A stretch of 64,000 nt of DNA from Marvinbryantia sp. (GTDB taxonomy: Bacteria; Bacillota; Clostridia; Lachnospirales; Lachnospiraceae), in assembly GCA_050944495.1 (NCBI GenBank), contig JBMNRF010000012.1:1263-65262 (forward strand). Reading direction: 5' to 3'. Positions within the stretch are counted from its first letter, which is position 1; every line of letters starts with the position of its first letter. The notes below the pieces were generated by a model. That model was not told the DNA's origin and searched no databases. It was given only the letters and a program-made list of their open reading frames with translations. Below, one piece after another: positions 18,791-27,470 of this stretch. Made by a program: the position numbers and the translations under genes.

Positions 18791-19655
18791 GAAAAAAGGA
18801 TTTCGCCACTTGCGTATCTGTGTGCAGACAGCATGGACATTTCTCACAAATTGCTATGCTGTCGGATTCACAGAAGGCAAAATTTATACTGGCCCGCTGA
18901 AAAATATTTGCTTTCCGGGACTAAATTGTTATTCCTGTCCCGGCGCAGTCGGCTCCTGTCCGATAGGCTCCCTCCAAGCAGTTATGGGCAGTTGGAAATT
19001 CAGCGTCAGTCTTTATGTTGGTGGCTTTTTGATGATTGTCGGCGCTCTGCTGGGCCGATTTGTCTGCGGTTGGTTGTGTCCGTTCGGTTTGGTGCAGGAT
19101 TTACTCTATAAAATTCCATTCATCCGAAAGATCAATCGTTTCCCCGGAGATAAGGCTTTGCGATATCTAAAGTATGTAATTCTGCTGGTGTTTGTCATTC
19201 TCATGCCTCTTTTTGTGGTAGACATCGTTGGACAAGGCGGCCCGGCGTTTTGCAAATATATTTGTCCATCTGGAACGCTGATCGGCGGTATTCCGCTGGT
19301 ATTCAAAAATCCAAGTTTACAGGCGATGGTGGGATTTCTGTTTCGGTGGAAGGTAGCGATCCTCATTGTAACAGTTTTAATATCTATCATTATTTATCGG
19401 CCATTCTGCAAATATATTTGTCCTTTGGGCGCTACATATGCTCTTTTCAATCGGGCATCTCTTTATCGCCTGCGTGTGGACAAGGATACGTGTGTAAATT
19501 GCGGTTTGTGTGCCAAAACCTGCAAAATGGGTATTGATCCGGTCAAAACGCCAAATAGTGCAGAATGTATCCGATGCGGTGATTGCGCTCGAGCTTGTCC
19601 GAAAGATGCAATCCAACTTGGCTTTCGAAAAAAGAAAAATAAGTTATCCAAGTAA
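18744..19655 (+). CDS. polytopic membrane 4Fe-4S-binding protein (NapH/MauN-like polyferredoxin)
   Basis: 303 aa. N-terminal CYSCPGAVGSCP and CPFG motifs, several TM segments, and two C-terminal ferredoxin motifs (CVNCGLCAKTCKMG and CIRCGDCARACP). The start is uncertain (TTG 18744, 18777 or 18783) and overlaps the micro-ORF. Confidence 0.8.
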   Translation: MQRQSISVWSVLALAKKKGFRHLRICVQTAWTFLTNCYAVGFTEGKIYTGPLKNICFPGLNCYSCPGAVGSCPIGSLQAVMGSWKFSVSLYVGGFLMIVGALLGRFVCGWLCPFGLVQDLLYKIPFIRKINRFPGDKALRYLKYVILLVFVILMPLFVVDIVGQGGPAFCKYICPSGTLIGGIPLVFKNPSLQAMVGFLFRWKVAILIVTVLISIIIYRPFCKYICPLGATYALFNRASLYRLRVDKDTCVNCGLCAKTCKMGIDPVKTPNSAECIRCGDCARACPKDAIQLGFRKKKNKLSK

Positions 19656-19710
19656 TTTAGGTCCATTGCTTTGGTGGCAGCATCAAAAGAGAAGACATCT
19701 AACCTAACCA

Positions 19711-19752
19711 AACGGCGGTTTGAAAACGATATTCAAGCCGCCGTTTTCCTTT
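19711..19752 (+). terminator. rho-independent terminator of the redox operon
   Basis: AACGGCGGTTTGA (19711-19723) pairs with TCAAGCCGCCGTT (19733-19745), a 13-bp stem with one G-U pair, followed by TTTTccTTTT. Confidence 0.8.
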
Positions 19753-19899
19753 TGAAAAATTGGATTTGCGAAGGATGTGGTAATTGCTTTTTTTTAAGGA
19801 TACGGCGGTGTTCAGGAGGTATCGTCGTGTCCATTTTTGTCTTTTTTCACAGTACTCCTGACTTGCACCAACAAAAAAGCGTAGCTCCCCTTCCGGGAC

Positions 19900-20586
19900 A
19901 GTCTGGTTACGAATTTTTCAAGAGCCAGGGCGCAGTGATTGTCAATGACGCTTCTGACTTTGCCGGAACAAACAGCTGCTATCTCTATCAGGGGCGGGAT
20001 GTGAAGGAGGACAAGGACAGGTGCTTAAAAGACCAGATACTTGTTATCGCTCCCCATGAAGTACTCATTTCCTCTGACACATGGCTGAAATGCCGGAAAA
20101 AACTTATGGCAAATACCATCTTCCAGCAGGGACGGAAAACAAAGGCTGTCTGGGATGCGGGAAAATTCGCAAAGAAGAATTTGAGCAATTCATTTTCTCG
20201 ACCATGCAGGAGAAGTTCAAAGACTTTCAGATACTCCATGGCAGGGAGGAAAAAGTCAATTCGAAACTGACCGCCTATCAAGTGGAGCTGCCACAGATGG
20301 AGAAAGAAATTGAAAAACTGTTGGACACACTGAACAGAGCCAATGTGACCTTTCTTGCTCATGTCAACAAAAAATTGAAGAATTGGACATCCGACGCTAG
20401 ACCATTTCAAAGGCAATCGCTGAATTGAGTGTGGAAACCATGTCGCCCCAGCATATAAAGAAGATATCCTATTATCTTGACAACTGGGAGAGCATAGATT
20501 TTGATGACAAAAGAAAAGTCGCCGATGGTTTGATCTCTACAATCAAGGCCATCAGCGATCGTGTTCAGATAGAGTGGAAAATCTGA
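19900..20586 (+). pseudogene. heavily decayed large serine recombinase (internal deletion, at least 2 frameshifts)
   Basis: Three frames carry recombinase-like pieces. Piece 1 is ...GAVIVNDASDF (resolvase-domain end). Piece 2 is LVIAPHEVLISSDTWLKCRK. Piece 3 is the zinc-ribbon/coiled coil GCLGCGKIRKEEFEQFIFSTMQEKF...EIEKLLDTLN. Piece 4 is the C-terminal tail ...DDKRKVADGLISTIKAISDRVQIEWKI*. Confidence 0.6.
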
Positions 20587-20612
20587 TATTTCCGCTCTAT
20601 TGTCCCTCATTT

Positions 20613-21245
20613 TTATCTTGTTTGTCCCACTTGTACACCGATGTTTGTCTTGCATGGTTCCACGTTTTTCCGAAGAGCCAGCCACATGGTAATGAAAATG
20701 ATTACATAGACTACCATACCAATACCGGCAGATTCCCGGGCAAATTTTGTAGAAAGATTCAACTTTGCCTGCTCTGCGCCAACCTCCGCTACCGCACCGG
20801 AATATTTTTCTAATGCCCAGTCCAGTTTCAACAGATAATAAAAAATCATTCCAACGTAAAAGACAAGGGCACCACCCATAATTCCTGCATAGCGGTTTAA
20901 TGAATCTTTCCAGGAAGAAATACTTTGTTTTGCTACAAAATAGTATAAAAATATCATGACTGCACATCCGAAAAGCAGCAGAACCAGTTCCATAATAAAC
21001 ACGGTAATCATCATATTGCCGCTTTTGCGGACGAATACTTCCGTAAGAGCATCCACACCTGTTTTTAACAAGGTGGCAGCTGCGCCAAAGAGTATTGTCT
21101 GACAAAAAACTTTTATATAGCTGTCAATATTGAACATATATTCCCGAATTGCCACATAAAGAGCCCCAGTGTACAGGAACCACCACAGCAGGGACAGCAG
21201 GAAATACTGGTCGAAATATCCCCAGGCCATGTAGGGCATATTCAC
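20613..21245 (-). CDS. hypothetical polytopic membrane protein (5' end possibly frameshifted)
   Basis: 210 aa with about 6 TM segments. GTG start with no good RBS. A strong RBS plus ATG at 21316 is one base out of frame (see findings). Confidence 0.6.
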   Translation of the reverse strand: MNMPYMAWGYFDQYFLLSLLWWFLYTGALYVAIREYMFNIDSYIKVFCQTILFGAAATLLKTGVDALTEVFVRKSGNMMITVFIMELVLLLFGCAVMIFLYYFVAKQSISSWKDSLNRYAGIMGGALVFYVGMIFYYLLKLDWALEKYSGAVAEVGAEQAKLNLSTKFARESAGIGMVVYVIIFITMWLALRKNVEPCKTNIGVQVGQTR

Positions 21246-21469
21246 TGTTACCTTGGAAAAAAACCAAAGAAAATAGTTGCTACAATGACAATATAAACAT
21301 CTTTTCTGTCATCCATAGGGAAATCCTCCGTTTCGCTTTTTCTATCAGTGCCTCGGATTGGGAAACATTTTTAATATTTCCTTAGAATAATGGCGATATC
21401 TGTAAAAATTATATCATGGCAAAGAAAGGAATTTCAATCTGAGATTTTCTATAGATTGCCGCTTTTTGC

Positions 21470-21507
21470 TTATAAGAATGCAAACAGTGTTTATAAGAAT
21501 GGAAACA
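21470..21507 (+). repeat. 17-bp direct repeat with 21-bp period upstream of the RR/HK/ABC operon
   Basis: TTATAAGAATGCAAACA (21470-21486) and TTATAAGAATGGAAACA (21491-21507), 16/17 identical. They lie upstream of the extended -10 TGgTATAAT (21533-21541). Confidence 0.55.
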
Positions 21508-21572
21508 AATTCTATACAAAATTTTGAATTTTTGGTATAATTAAAACAATTATTTAGGTATGAGGTTACAGT

Positions 21573-22265
21573 ATGAAAAAAATTTTAGTAGTGGAGGATG
21601 ACCTGGCGCTGAGCACAGGTCTTTGTTTTGAACTGGATACGGAAGGTTACTTGTCCATGTCGGCATATAACTGTCAGAAGGCTCGGTATTTATTGAAAAA
21701 TGAAGATTTGGATTTGGTGCTTCTGGATGTGAATCTGCCAGATGGAAACGGCTTTGATTTGTGTAAAGAGATTAAAAACCTTTATCCGGAGCTTCCGGTG
21801 ATTTTTCTGACTGCCAATGACCTGGAACAGAACGTCCTTGACGGATTTGACCTTGGAGCAGAAGATTATGTGACAAAACCATTTAACATGAAGATCCTTC
21901 TTCGACGGGTGGAAGTAGCGCTGCGCCGTACACAAGGGCAGAAGTTTTCCGAAAAAAGTATGCTTTGGAGTGACGGATTTCTAGTGCTGGATTTTACAGC
22001 CCTGACTGCACAGCGAGATGGAGAAACACTGTCTATCACGCCCAATGAATATAAACTTTTGCGGACATTAACAGAAAACTCCAGGCAGATTCTGACCAGA
22101 CAGGTTCTGCTGGAACGCCTCTGGGACAGCGATGGAAACTTTATTGACAACCATACACTGACAGTAACCATGAACCGCCTGCGGGCAAAGATCGAAGATT
22201 CCACCCACACCTATATCCAGACCATACGGGGGATGGGCTACATCTGGAAAGGAAATCCGCAATGA
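21573..22265 (+). CDS. OmpR-family response regulator (BceR-like)
   Basis: 230 aa. Receiver domain (ILVVEDD, LLDVNLPDGNG, KPF) plus a winged helix (TIRGMGYIWK). Confidence 0.9.
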   Translation: MKKILVVEDDLALSTGLCFELDTEGYLSMSAYNCQKARYLLKNEDLDLVLLDVNLPDGNGFDLCKEIKNLYPELPVIFLTANDLEQNVLDGFDLGAEDYVTKPFNMKILLRRVEVALRRTQGQKFSEKSMLWSDGFLVLDFTALTAQRDGETLSITPNEYKLLRTLTENSRQILTRQVLLERLWDSDGNFIDNHTLTVTMNRLRAKIEDSTHTYIQTIRGMGYIWKGNPQ

Positions 22266-23284
22266 AAAAGAAACAGACCAAATGGCTGTATGCATTTCTG
22301 GTTTTGACAGGACTCTTTCTTGTTGGGGTATTGTTCTGGATTTTATGGGAGTATGTTCCAAGGGCATCGGTACGCTACGGACTTTTGGCGGTCTGTGGCG
22401 GTATCATAATTTTGAATCTTTTATGGTCGATCTTAAAAAGGCAGCAGATCAATGGATTTTCCGATGATGTCTGTGAGACGCTGGATGCGGCTATTGCAGG
22501 GCATCAGCCGGAGCACTTTCAGCCGTATGAGGATTCTCTGACAGCTAAAGTACAGGGTAAGCTTTTGCAATATTATGACATTATGCAGGAGGGAAGAAAT
22601 CAGAGTCAGCATGATAAGGAGACCTTGCAGGGGCTAGTCAGCGATATTTCCCATCAGGTAAAAACGCCTTTGGCAAATATGAAATTGTATGCTGGAATTC
22701 TGCAGAAACCAAATCTCACGGAGGAAAAACGACAGATGTTTCTGAAAACACTGGAAGAACAGATCAATAAGTTGGATTTCCTTATGCAGTCTCTGATCCA
22801 TATGTCCAGGCTGGAAACCGGGACGTTTGTCTTGCATCCGGCAGAAGGACGGCTTCATGAAACCATTGCGCAGGCAATAAGTACCGTATGGGCCAAGGCT
22901 GAACAGAAAAATATTGAAATTTCTGTGGAATGCGATCCGGAGATCATGGTACAGCACGATTCGAAATGGACGGCAGAGGCCATTGGAAATATTCTGGATA
23001 ACGCTGTGAAGTATACGCCGGCGGAAGGCCATGTGTCCATCACGGTGCGTCCATGGCAGTTTTATACCCGCGTAGATATCGCGGATACAGGGATTGGTAT
23101 AGATGAATCCCACTATCAAGATATTTTTCAACGGTTTTACCGGGCAGAGGAGGCATCGGCGCAGGAAGGCGTCGGACTAGGATTGTATCTGGCAAATGGC
23201 ATTATTACTCGTCAAAAGGGGTATATCAGTGTAAAATCAAAGCCGGGAGAGGGAACGACCTTTTCCGTATATTTATTGAGCTGA
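22262..23284 (+). CDS. intramembrane-sensing histidine kinase (BceS-like)
   Basis: 340 aa. Two N-terminal TM helices are separated by only ~11 aa (EYVPRASVRYG), and there is no sensor domain. H-box VSDISHQVKTPLA, N-box ILDNAVKYTP, G1 IADTGIGI, G2 GVGLGLYL. Confidence 0.85.
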   Translation: MKKKQTKWLYAFLVLTGLFLVGVLFWILWEYVPRASVRYGLLAVCGGIIILNLLWSILKRQQINGFSDDVCETLDAAIAGHQPEHFQPYEDSLTAKVQGKLLQYYDIMQEGRNQSQHDKETLQGLVSDISHQVKTPLANMKLYAGILQKPNLTEEKRQMFLKTLEEQINKLDFLMQSLIHMSRLETGTFVLHPAEGRLHETIAQAISTVWAKAEQKNIEISVECDPEIMVQHDSKWTAEAIGNILDNAVKYTPAEGHVSITVRPWQFYTRVDIADTGIGIDESHYQDIFQRFYRAEEASAQEGVGLGLYLANGIITRQKGYISVKSKPGEGTTFSVYLLS

Positions 23285-23396
23285 CCGTACTACTCTTTGT
23301 ATACGCATGCTAAGAACTTTCCAAAAAAACGAAGGGCCCATAGAAACCGAGAACGTCATATTAGAAAGAAACTACAGAGGGAGAGAGAAAAAAGAA

Positions 23397-24062
23397 GTGG
23401 ATATTTTAACCGTAAAAAACCTGCATAAAGCTTATGGAAAAGGAGAGGGACAAGTAAAGGCACTAAACGGCATTGATCTTACTATTGAAAAGGGCAAATT
23501 CACTGCAATCATCGGAGCCTCCGGCTCCGGAAAAACAACTCTTTTGAACATGATGGGCGGATTGGATATCCCTGACGAGGGGGAAGTCATCGTAGACGGT
23601 GTGAATCTGTCCGGACTGAAAGAGAAAGAACTTGCAGTATTTCGAAGAAATAAGGTAGGATTTGTATATCAGAATTTCAATCTGATTCCTACGCTTACGG
23701 TACAGGAAAATATTCTGTTTCCTTTAAGTCTTGCAGGTTCCGGGCCAGATCCTGTGTTTTTTCAGGAGATCACGGAATTGCTGCAGATCAAAGACAGGCT
23801 CACGACGTATCCCCATGAACTGTCCGGCGGAGGCCGGCAGCGAGTGGCGATCGCAAGAGCGCTGATGGCAAAACCTTCGATTCTTCTGGCGGATGAGCCT
23901 ACGGGAAATCTGGATTCCAAAAGCGGACAGAACGTACTGGGACTTTTGAAAATGTCCGTGGAAACCTATCACCAGACTTTGGTGATGATCACCCATAATC
24001 TGGAAATCGCACAGATGGCAGACCGGGTGGTACGAATGGAAGATGGCCGGGTTCTGGCGTAG
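23397..24062 (+). CDS. ABC transporter ATP-binding protein (MacB/Bce-type)
   Basis: The GTG at 23397 after GGGAGAG fits homologues that start at DILTVKNL. Walker A GASGSGKTT, atypical signature LSGGGRQRVAIARA, Walker B ILLADEPTGNLD. Confidence 0.85.
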   Translation: MDILTVKNLHKAYGKGEGQVKALNGIDLTIEKGKFTAIIGASGSGKTTLLNMMGGLDIPDEGEVIVDGVNLSGLKEKELAVFRRNKVGFVYQNFNLIPTLTVQENILFPLSLAGSGPDPVFFQEITELLQIKDRLTTYPHELSGGGRQRVAIARALMAKPSILLADEPTGNLDSKSGQNVLGLLKMSVETYHQTLVMITHNLEIAQMADRVVRMEDGRVLA

Positions 24063-24076
24063 GGGAGGAGACAGAT

Positions 24077-26617
24077 ATGCTTGCAAATAATAATCTGAAG
24101 ATCTGTCGTACTCTGGTCAGAAGAGATGTGAAGTTTCATCCTGTAAAATATGTCCTTTTGTCCTGCGCGGCAATGCTGGTGGCAGCGCTTTATTCCTTTG
24201 TCTTCTTGCTGGGAACTTCCGTGGAAGACGCTTATTTATTGAATTACCAGTATTCTTATGGCTCCACCAGCCATATTCTTTATACAGGACTTACGGAAAA
24301 ACAGGCGGATACCCTTGCCGGGAACAGCAATATCAAAAGCACCGTGCGTTTAAGTACCATCGGAAGGTTATCCAACCCGGTAATCGGGCAAAGAAGCATT
24401 AAGTTGGCGGTGACAGACCGCGCCTATGCCAAGACAGTGTTATCTGTTCCGACAGTGGGAATGCTGCCTCAGAAAAATGGAGAAATCGCTCTGGATGAGT
24501 TTACCATGGATTCCCTTGGTGTACCCCATGAGATAGGAAGTCCGGTATCCATTGATTGGACAGATCCGAAGGGAGAAGAACATGCCACATCGTTTACTCT
24601 CTGCGGATGGTGGGCAAGTCCTACAAATTTTTCGGAAGCCTGCGCCTGGATCACGAAGGAGGAGGCGAAGAAGCTTCTGCCGGATTACGATGAAGAATCC
24701 GCTACAAATGTAACTCTTGGGGTAAAACTGCATCAGCCAAAAAATTTAGAGGAACAGGCAGAACTGCTCCTTTCCCAGCAGGGGGTGACAGGCTGTACCT
24801 ATACCACGAATCTGGCTTACCAGGATGCCCGTACAGAAATGGCAGGACGGCAGGCGCGTCCTTATTATATGCCGGCTCTTCTGGTAGTGCTGTGCGGATA
24901 TCTGATGGTTTACAGCATTGTTCACGTAGCTGCGGACAGTGAGCATTTGTTTTATGCAGAGCTGAAATCTCTGGGAATGACGCCGCGACAGATCCGACAA
25001 ATGCTGATGGAACAGGGAATGCTTGTTTCCCTGCTGGGGTCGGTTCCCGGATGGCTGATTGGATTTATACTTCACTATTTTATCACCGGGCGCGTGATTA
25101 TCGGAATGGAGCAAAATCCGGCTCTGTATTTCCTGTCCTGGCAGCCCTTTGCGGCAGCGTTTTTATGTACAGCGGCAACGGTTTTACTGGCATATCTTCT
25201 GCCGTCCTTCCGTCTTTCCAGAAAGACTCCGGCAGAAATGACAGGCAATGCTTACGCGCGGCTTTCCAAACGAAAACAAAAGGCAGATGGCCGTATGACA
25301 TTGGCACAGCTTGCGTTTCGGATGCTGGGAAAAAACCGCTGGCGTACCCTTTTGTCGGTGGTATCTTTGCTTTTAGCGGTACTTCTTTTAAATTCCGTGT
25401 GGATTCGTTATATCAGCGTCAAAGAAGATCGCTATCTTTCGTCCATGTTTCCCTGGGATTACAGTTTGTGCGACGGTTCCGCATATCTTTCTCAGCAGCA
25501 GTATAACGAAAGAAATGAGGGAATTACAGAAAAAACTGTAGAAGAACTGAAAAAGCGTCCGGAGATTGCCACTGTCAGTGTGCTGAAAAGCCACGAAGTT
25601 CCTATGACAGCTCCAAAGGAACTGGTTGAACGGATCACGGCATTTTATGACCAGCCCTATGATGAGACGCAGACCCTGCGGGAAACCCAGAAGGCATTTC
25701 CTGAATGGCTGGACGGACTGGCAAAACTGGAAGAGACAGGAACGTATACCGGTCTGGTCATTGGGATGGATGGGGTGTATCTGGATTATCTGCAGGAATA
25801 TTCGCCGTTTACCAGCGGCAGCTTTGATGAAAAGGCATTTGCTTCCGGAGAATTTGTACTGGCTGGCGGAGCTTATCACGAGGGATTGTCCTCACCAATC
25901 GAGGGAGAAGAGGTAGAACTTATGGGGCAGAAGTTTACGGTCATGGGTTCTGTAATGCATGATGAAACCTATCTCCGGGGAGCAGAAAGTCTGGAAGTAG
26001 CTTTTAATATTGTATATATCCTCCCGATGGAAGCCTTTGATCAGTTGTTTCCAGGGCAGGCATACCGTCAGCTGGCAGTAAATATCGACAGAGGGCAGCA
26101 GAAAGAATTTGAAGTTTATCTGGATGAATACGAACAGGGATTGAACCGGGGAGTCGGTGTCGTACGGCGCAGCGAGTATCAGGAAAACTTCCACGTAGCG
26201 CGACTAAACCTGGTACTTCCGGATCTGGTGATCGGACTGGTGCTCACCGGAATCGCGCTGATGAATTTTATCAATATGCTGGTGAGTAAAACCGTAAGCC
26301 GGAAAGGAGAATTTGCGGTATATGAAAGCCTTGGTATGACACGGGCGCAGCTTCAAAAGCTTCTCCTTCTGGAAGGAATCTTACATGCTGGATTGATGCT
26401 TGTGATCCTGATTCCTGTGACCATACTTTTTGACCGTTTCCTTATGCCGAAGATAGTAGAAGCAGCGGGATCATGGAGCATGGTCTATACCTGTTCCTTT
26501 CTGCCGCTGTGGCTCTTTACTGCAGTATTGGGGATACTCGCAGTGGCTGTACCGTTGCTTTGTCTTCATTTTCTCACGAAAGGAAGCCTGACAGAGCGGA
26601 TGAGACAGGGGGAATAA
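24077..26617 (+). CDS. ABC transporter permease with two FtsX domains
   Basis: 846 aa. Hydrophobic clusters and FtsX-type loops occur in both halves (LKSLGMTPRQIRQML and YESLGMTRAQLQKLL). Large extracytoplasmic regions. Confidence 0.85.
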   Translation: MLANNNLKICRTLVRRDVKFHPVKYVLLSCAAMLVAALYSFVFLLGTSVEDAYLLNYQYSYGSTSHILYTGLTEKQADTLAGNSNIKSTVRLSTIGRLSNPVIGQRSIKLAVTDRAYAKTVLSVPTVGMLPQKNGEIALDEFTMDSLGVPHEIGSPVSIDWTDPKGEEHATSFTLCGWWASPTNFSEACAWITKEEAKKLLPDYDEESATNVTLGVKLHQPKNLEEQAELLLSQQGVTGCTYTTNLAYQDARTEMAGRQARPYYMPALLVVLCGYLMVYSIVHVAADSEHLFYAELKSLGMTPRQIRQMLMEQGMLVSLLGSVPGWLIGFILHYFITGRVIIGMEQNPALYFLSWQPFAAAFLCTAATVLLAYLLPSFRLSRKTPAEMTGNAYARLSKRKQKADGRMTLAQLAFRMLGKNRWRTLLSVVSLLLAVLLLNSVWIRYISVKEDRYLSSMFPWDYSLCDGSAYLSQQQYNERNEGITEKTVEELKKRPEIATVSVLKSHEVPMTAPKELVERITAFYDQPYDETQTLRETQKAFPEWLDGLAKLEETGTYTGLVIGMDGVYLDYLQEYSPFTSGSFDEKAFASGEFVLAGGAYHEGLSSPIEGEEVELMGQKFTVMGSVMHDETYLRGAESLEVAFNIVYILPMEAFDQLFPGQAYRQLAVNIDRGQQKEFEVYLDEYEQGLNRGVGVVRRSEYQENFHVARLNLVLPDLVIGLVLTGIALMNFINMLVSKTVSRKGEFAVYESLGMTRAQLQKLLLLEGILHAGLMLVILIPVTILFDRFLMPKIVEAAGSWSMVYTCSFLPLWLFTAVLGILAVAVPLLCLHFLTKGSLTERMRQGE

Positions 26618-26621
26618 AACT

Positions 26622-27317
26622 ATGAAAAAAACAGTAAGAGGAAAAGGCATAGACATTACGGAAACAGAAAAGAAAATTAAAACAGCCGGGTGGATTCTGG
26701 TAATTTCCAATCTTGTCGCTGTTTTGATCGGCGGGAAAATAAAGTTTTTTATTCTGACTGCGATACTCTTAGCCACATATGCCATGTATCTTAGCTTTTA
26801 TCCATATATGTATTTTGATACGATCAGTAAAAAAGTACAGGGACTGGTATTTCAACTTCCATTTGTGGGAGCTGGCATCGCTTTGGTCTTATGTTTCTCC
26901 AGCCTGAATCTATATGAGTGCAGTTTTGTTGCTTATACGAAAATAGCGATTGGCATTACGATTGTGCTTGTGATTCCTTATTTTATAAAATCTTCTAAAA
27001 CGAAAACGCCTCAAAGGCTGGGCCGCAAAATTTCCGTTGTTTTTTCAGTGTTTGTTCTTTCTTTTGGAATTACATTCCCGGTCAACTACCTATTGACGTT
27101 TGAGAAACCGATACATGAAACAATAAAGATAACGGACAAGGACTTGAGCACCTCCGGTAAAGCGATGGATTATTATCTGTATGGAAAATGGAAGGGGGAA
27201 GAGGAGCAATTTTCTGTTTCAAGAAATGTCTATAGTAGTACTTCTATCGGGGATATCCGAAAAATCTGTATCAAACATAGTATTTTGGGATTGGAATATT
27301 ATACTATTCATGAATAA
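26622..27317 (+). CDS. hypothetical membrane protein between the two exporters
   Basis: 231 aa with about 5 TM segments and a ~70-aa C-terminal soluble part. Starts 5 nt after the permease stop. Confidence 0.6.
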   Translation: MKKTVRGKGIDITETEKKIKTAGWILVISNLVAVLIGGKIKFFILTAILLATYAMYLSFYPYMYFDTISKKVQGLVFQLPFVGAGIALVLCFSSLNLYECSFVAYTKIAIGITIVLVIPYFIKSSKTKTPQRLGRKISVVFSVFVLSFGITFPVNYLLTFEKPIHETIKITDKDLSTSGKAMDYYLYGKWKGEEEQFSVSRNVYSSTSIGDIRKICIKHSILGLEYYTIHE

Positions 27318-27384
27318 AGAATAGGGCAGTTGATTTCTATCTGGGAATTGACTGCCTTTTCATATATATCCAAAGTTACAAAAA

Positions 27385-27404
27385 TGTACCTTTCCTGTAC
27401 CTTT
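27385..27404 (+). promoter_or_regulatory. tandem TGTACCTTT direct repeat, candidate response-regulator site
   Basis: TGTACCTTTccTGTACCTTT with an 11-bp period. It ends 18 nt upstream of the -10-like TATAGT (27423-27428). Confidence 0.55.
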
Positions 27405-27470
27405 ATTGAAACATTGGTCTGTTATAGTAAAACCAACCTAAAAAAGACAGGACACAGGGAGGAAAGATAG

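Noticed and set aside
20407-21105. 232-aa minus-strand ORF overlapping the 210-aa membrane protein ORF in another frame
   Set aside because: Its composition is Cys/Arg/Trp-rich with no hydrophobic helices. The alternative frame (20613..21245) gives a coherent polytopic membrane protein.
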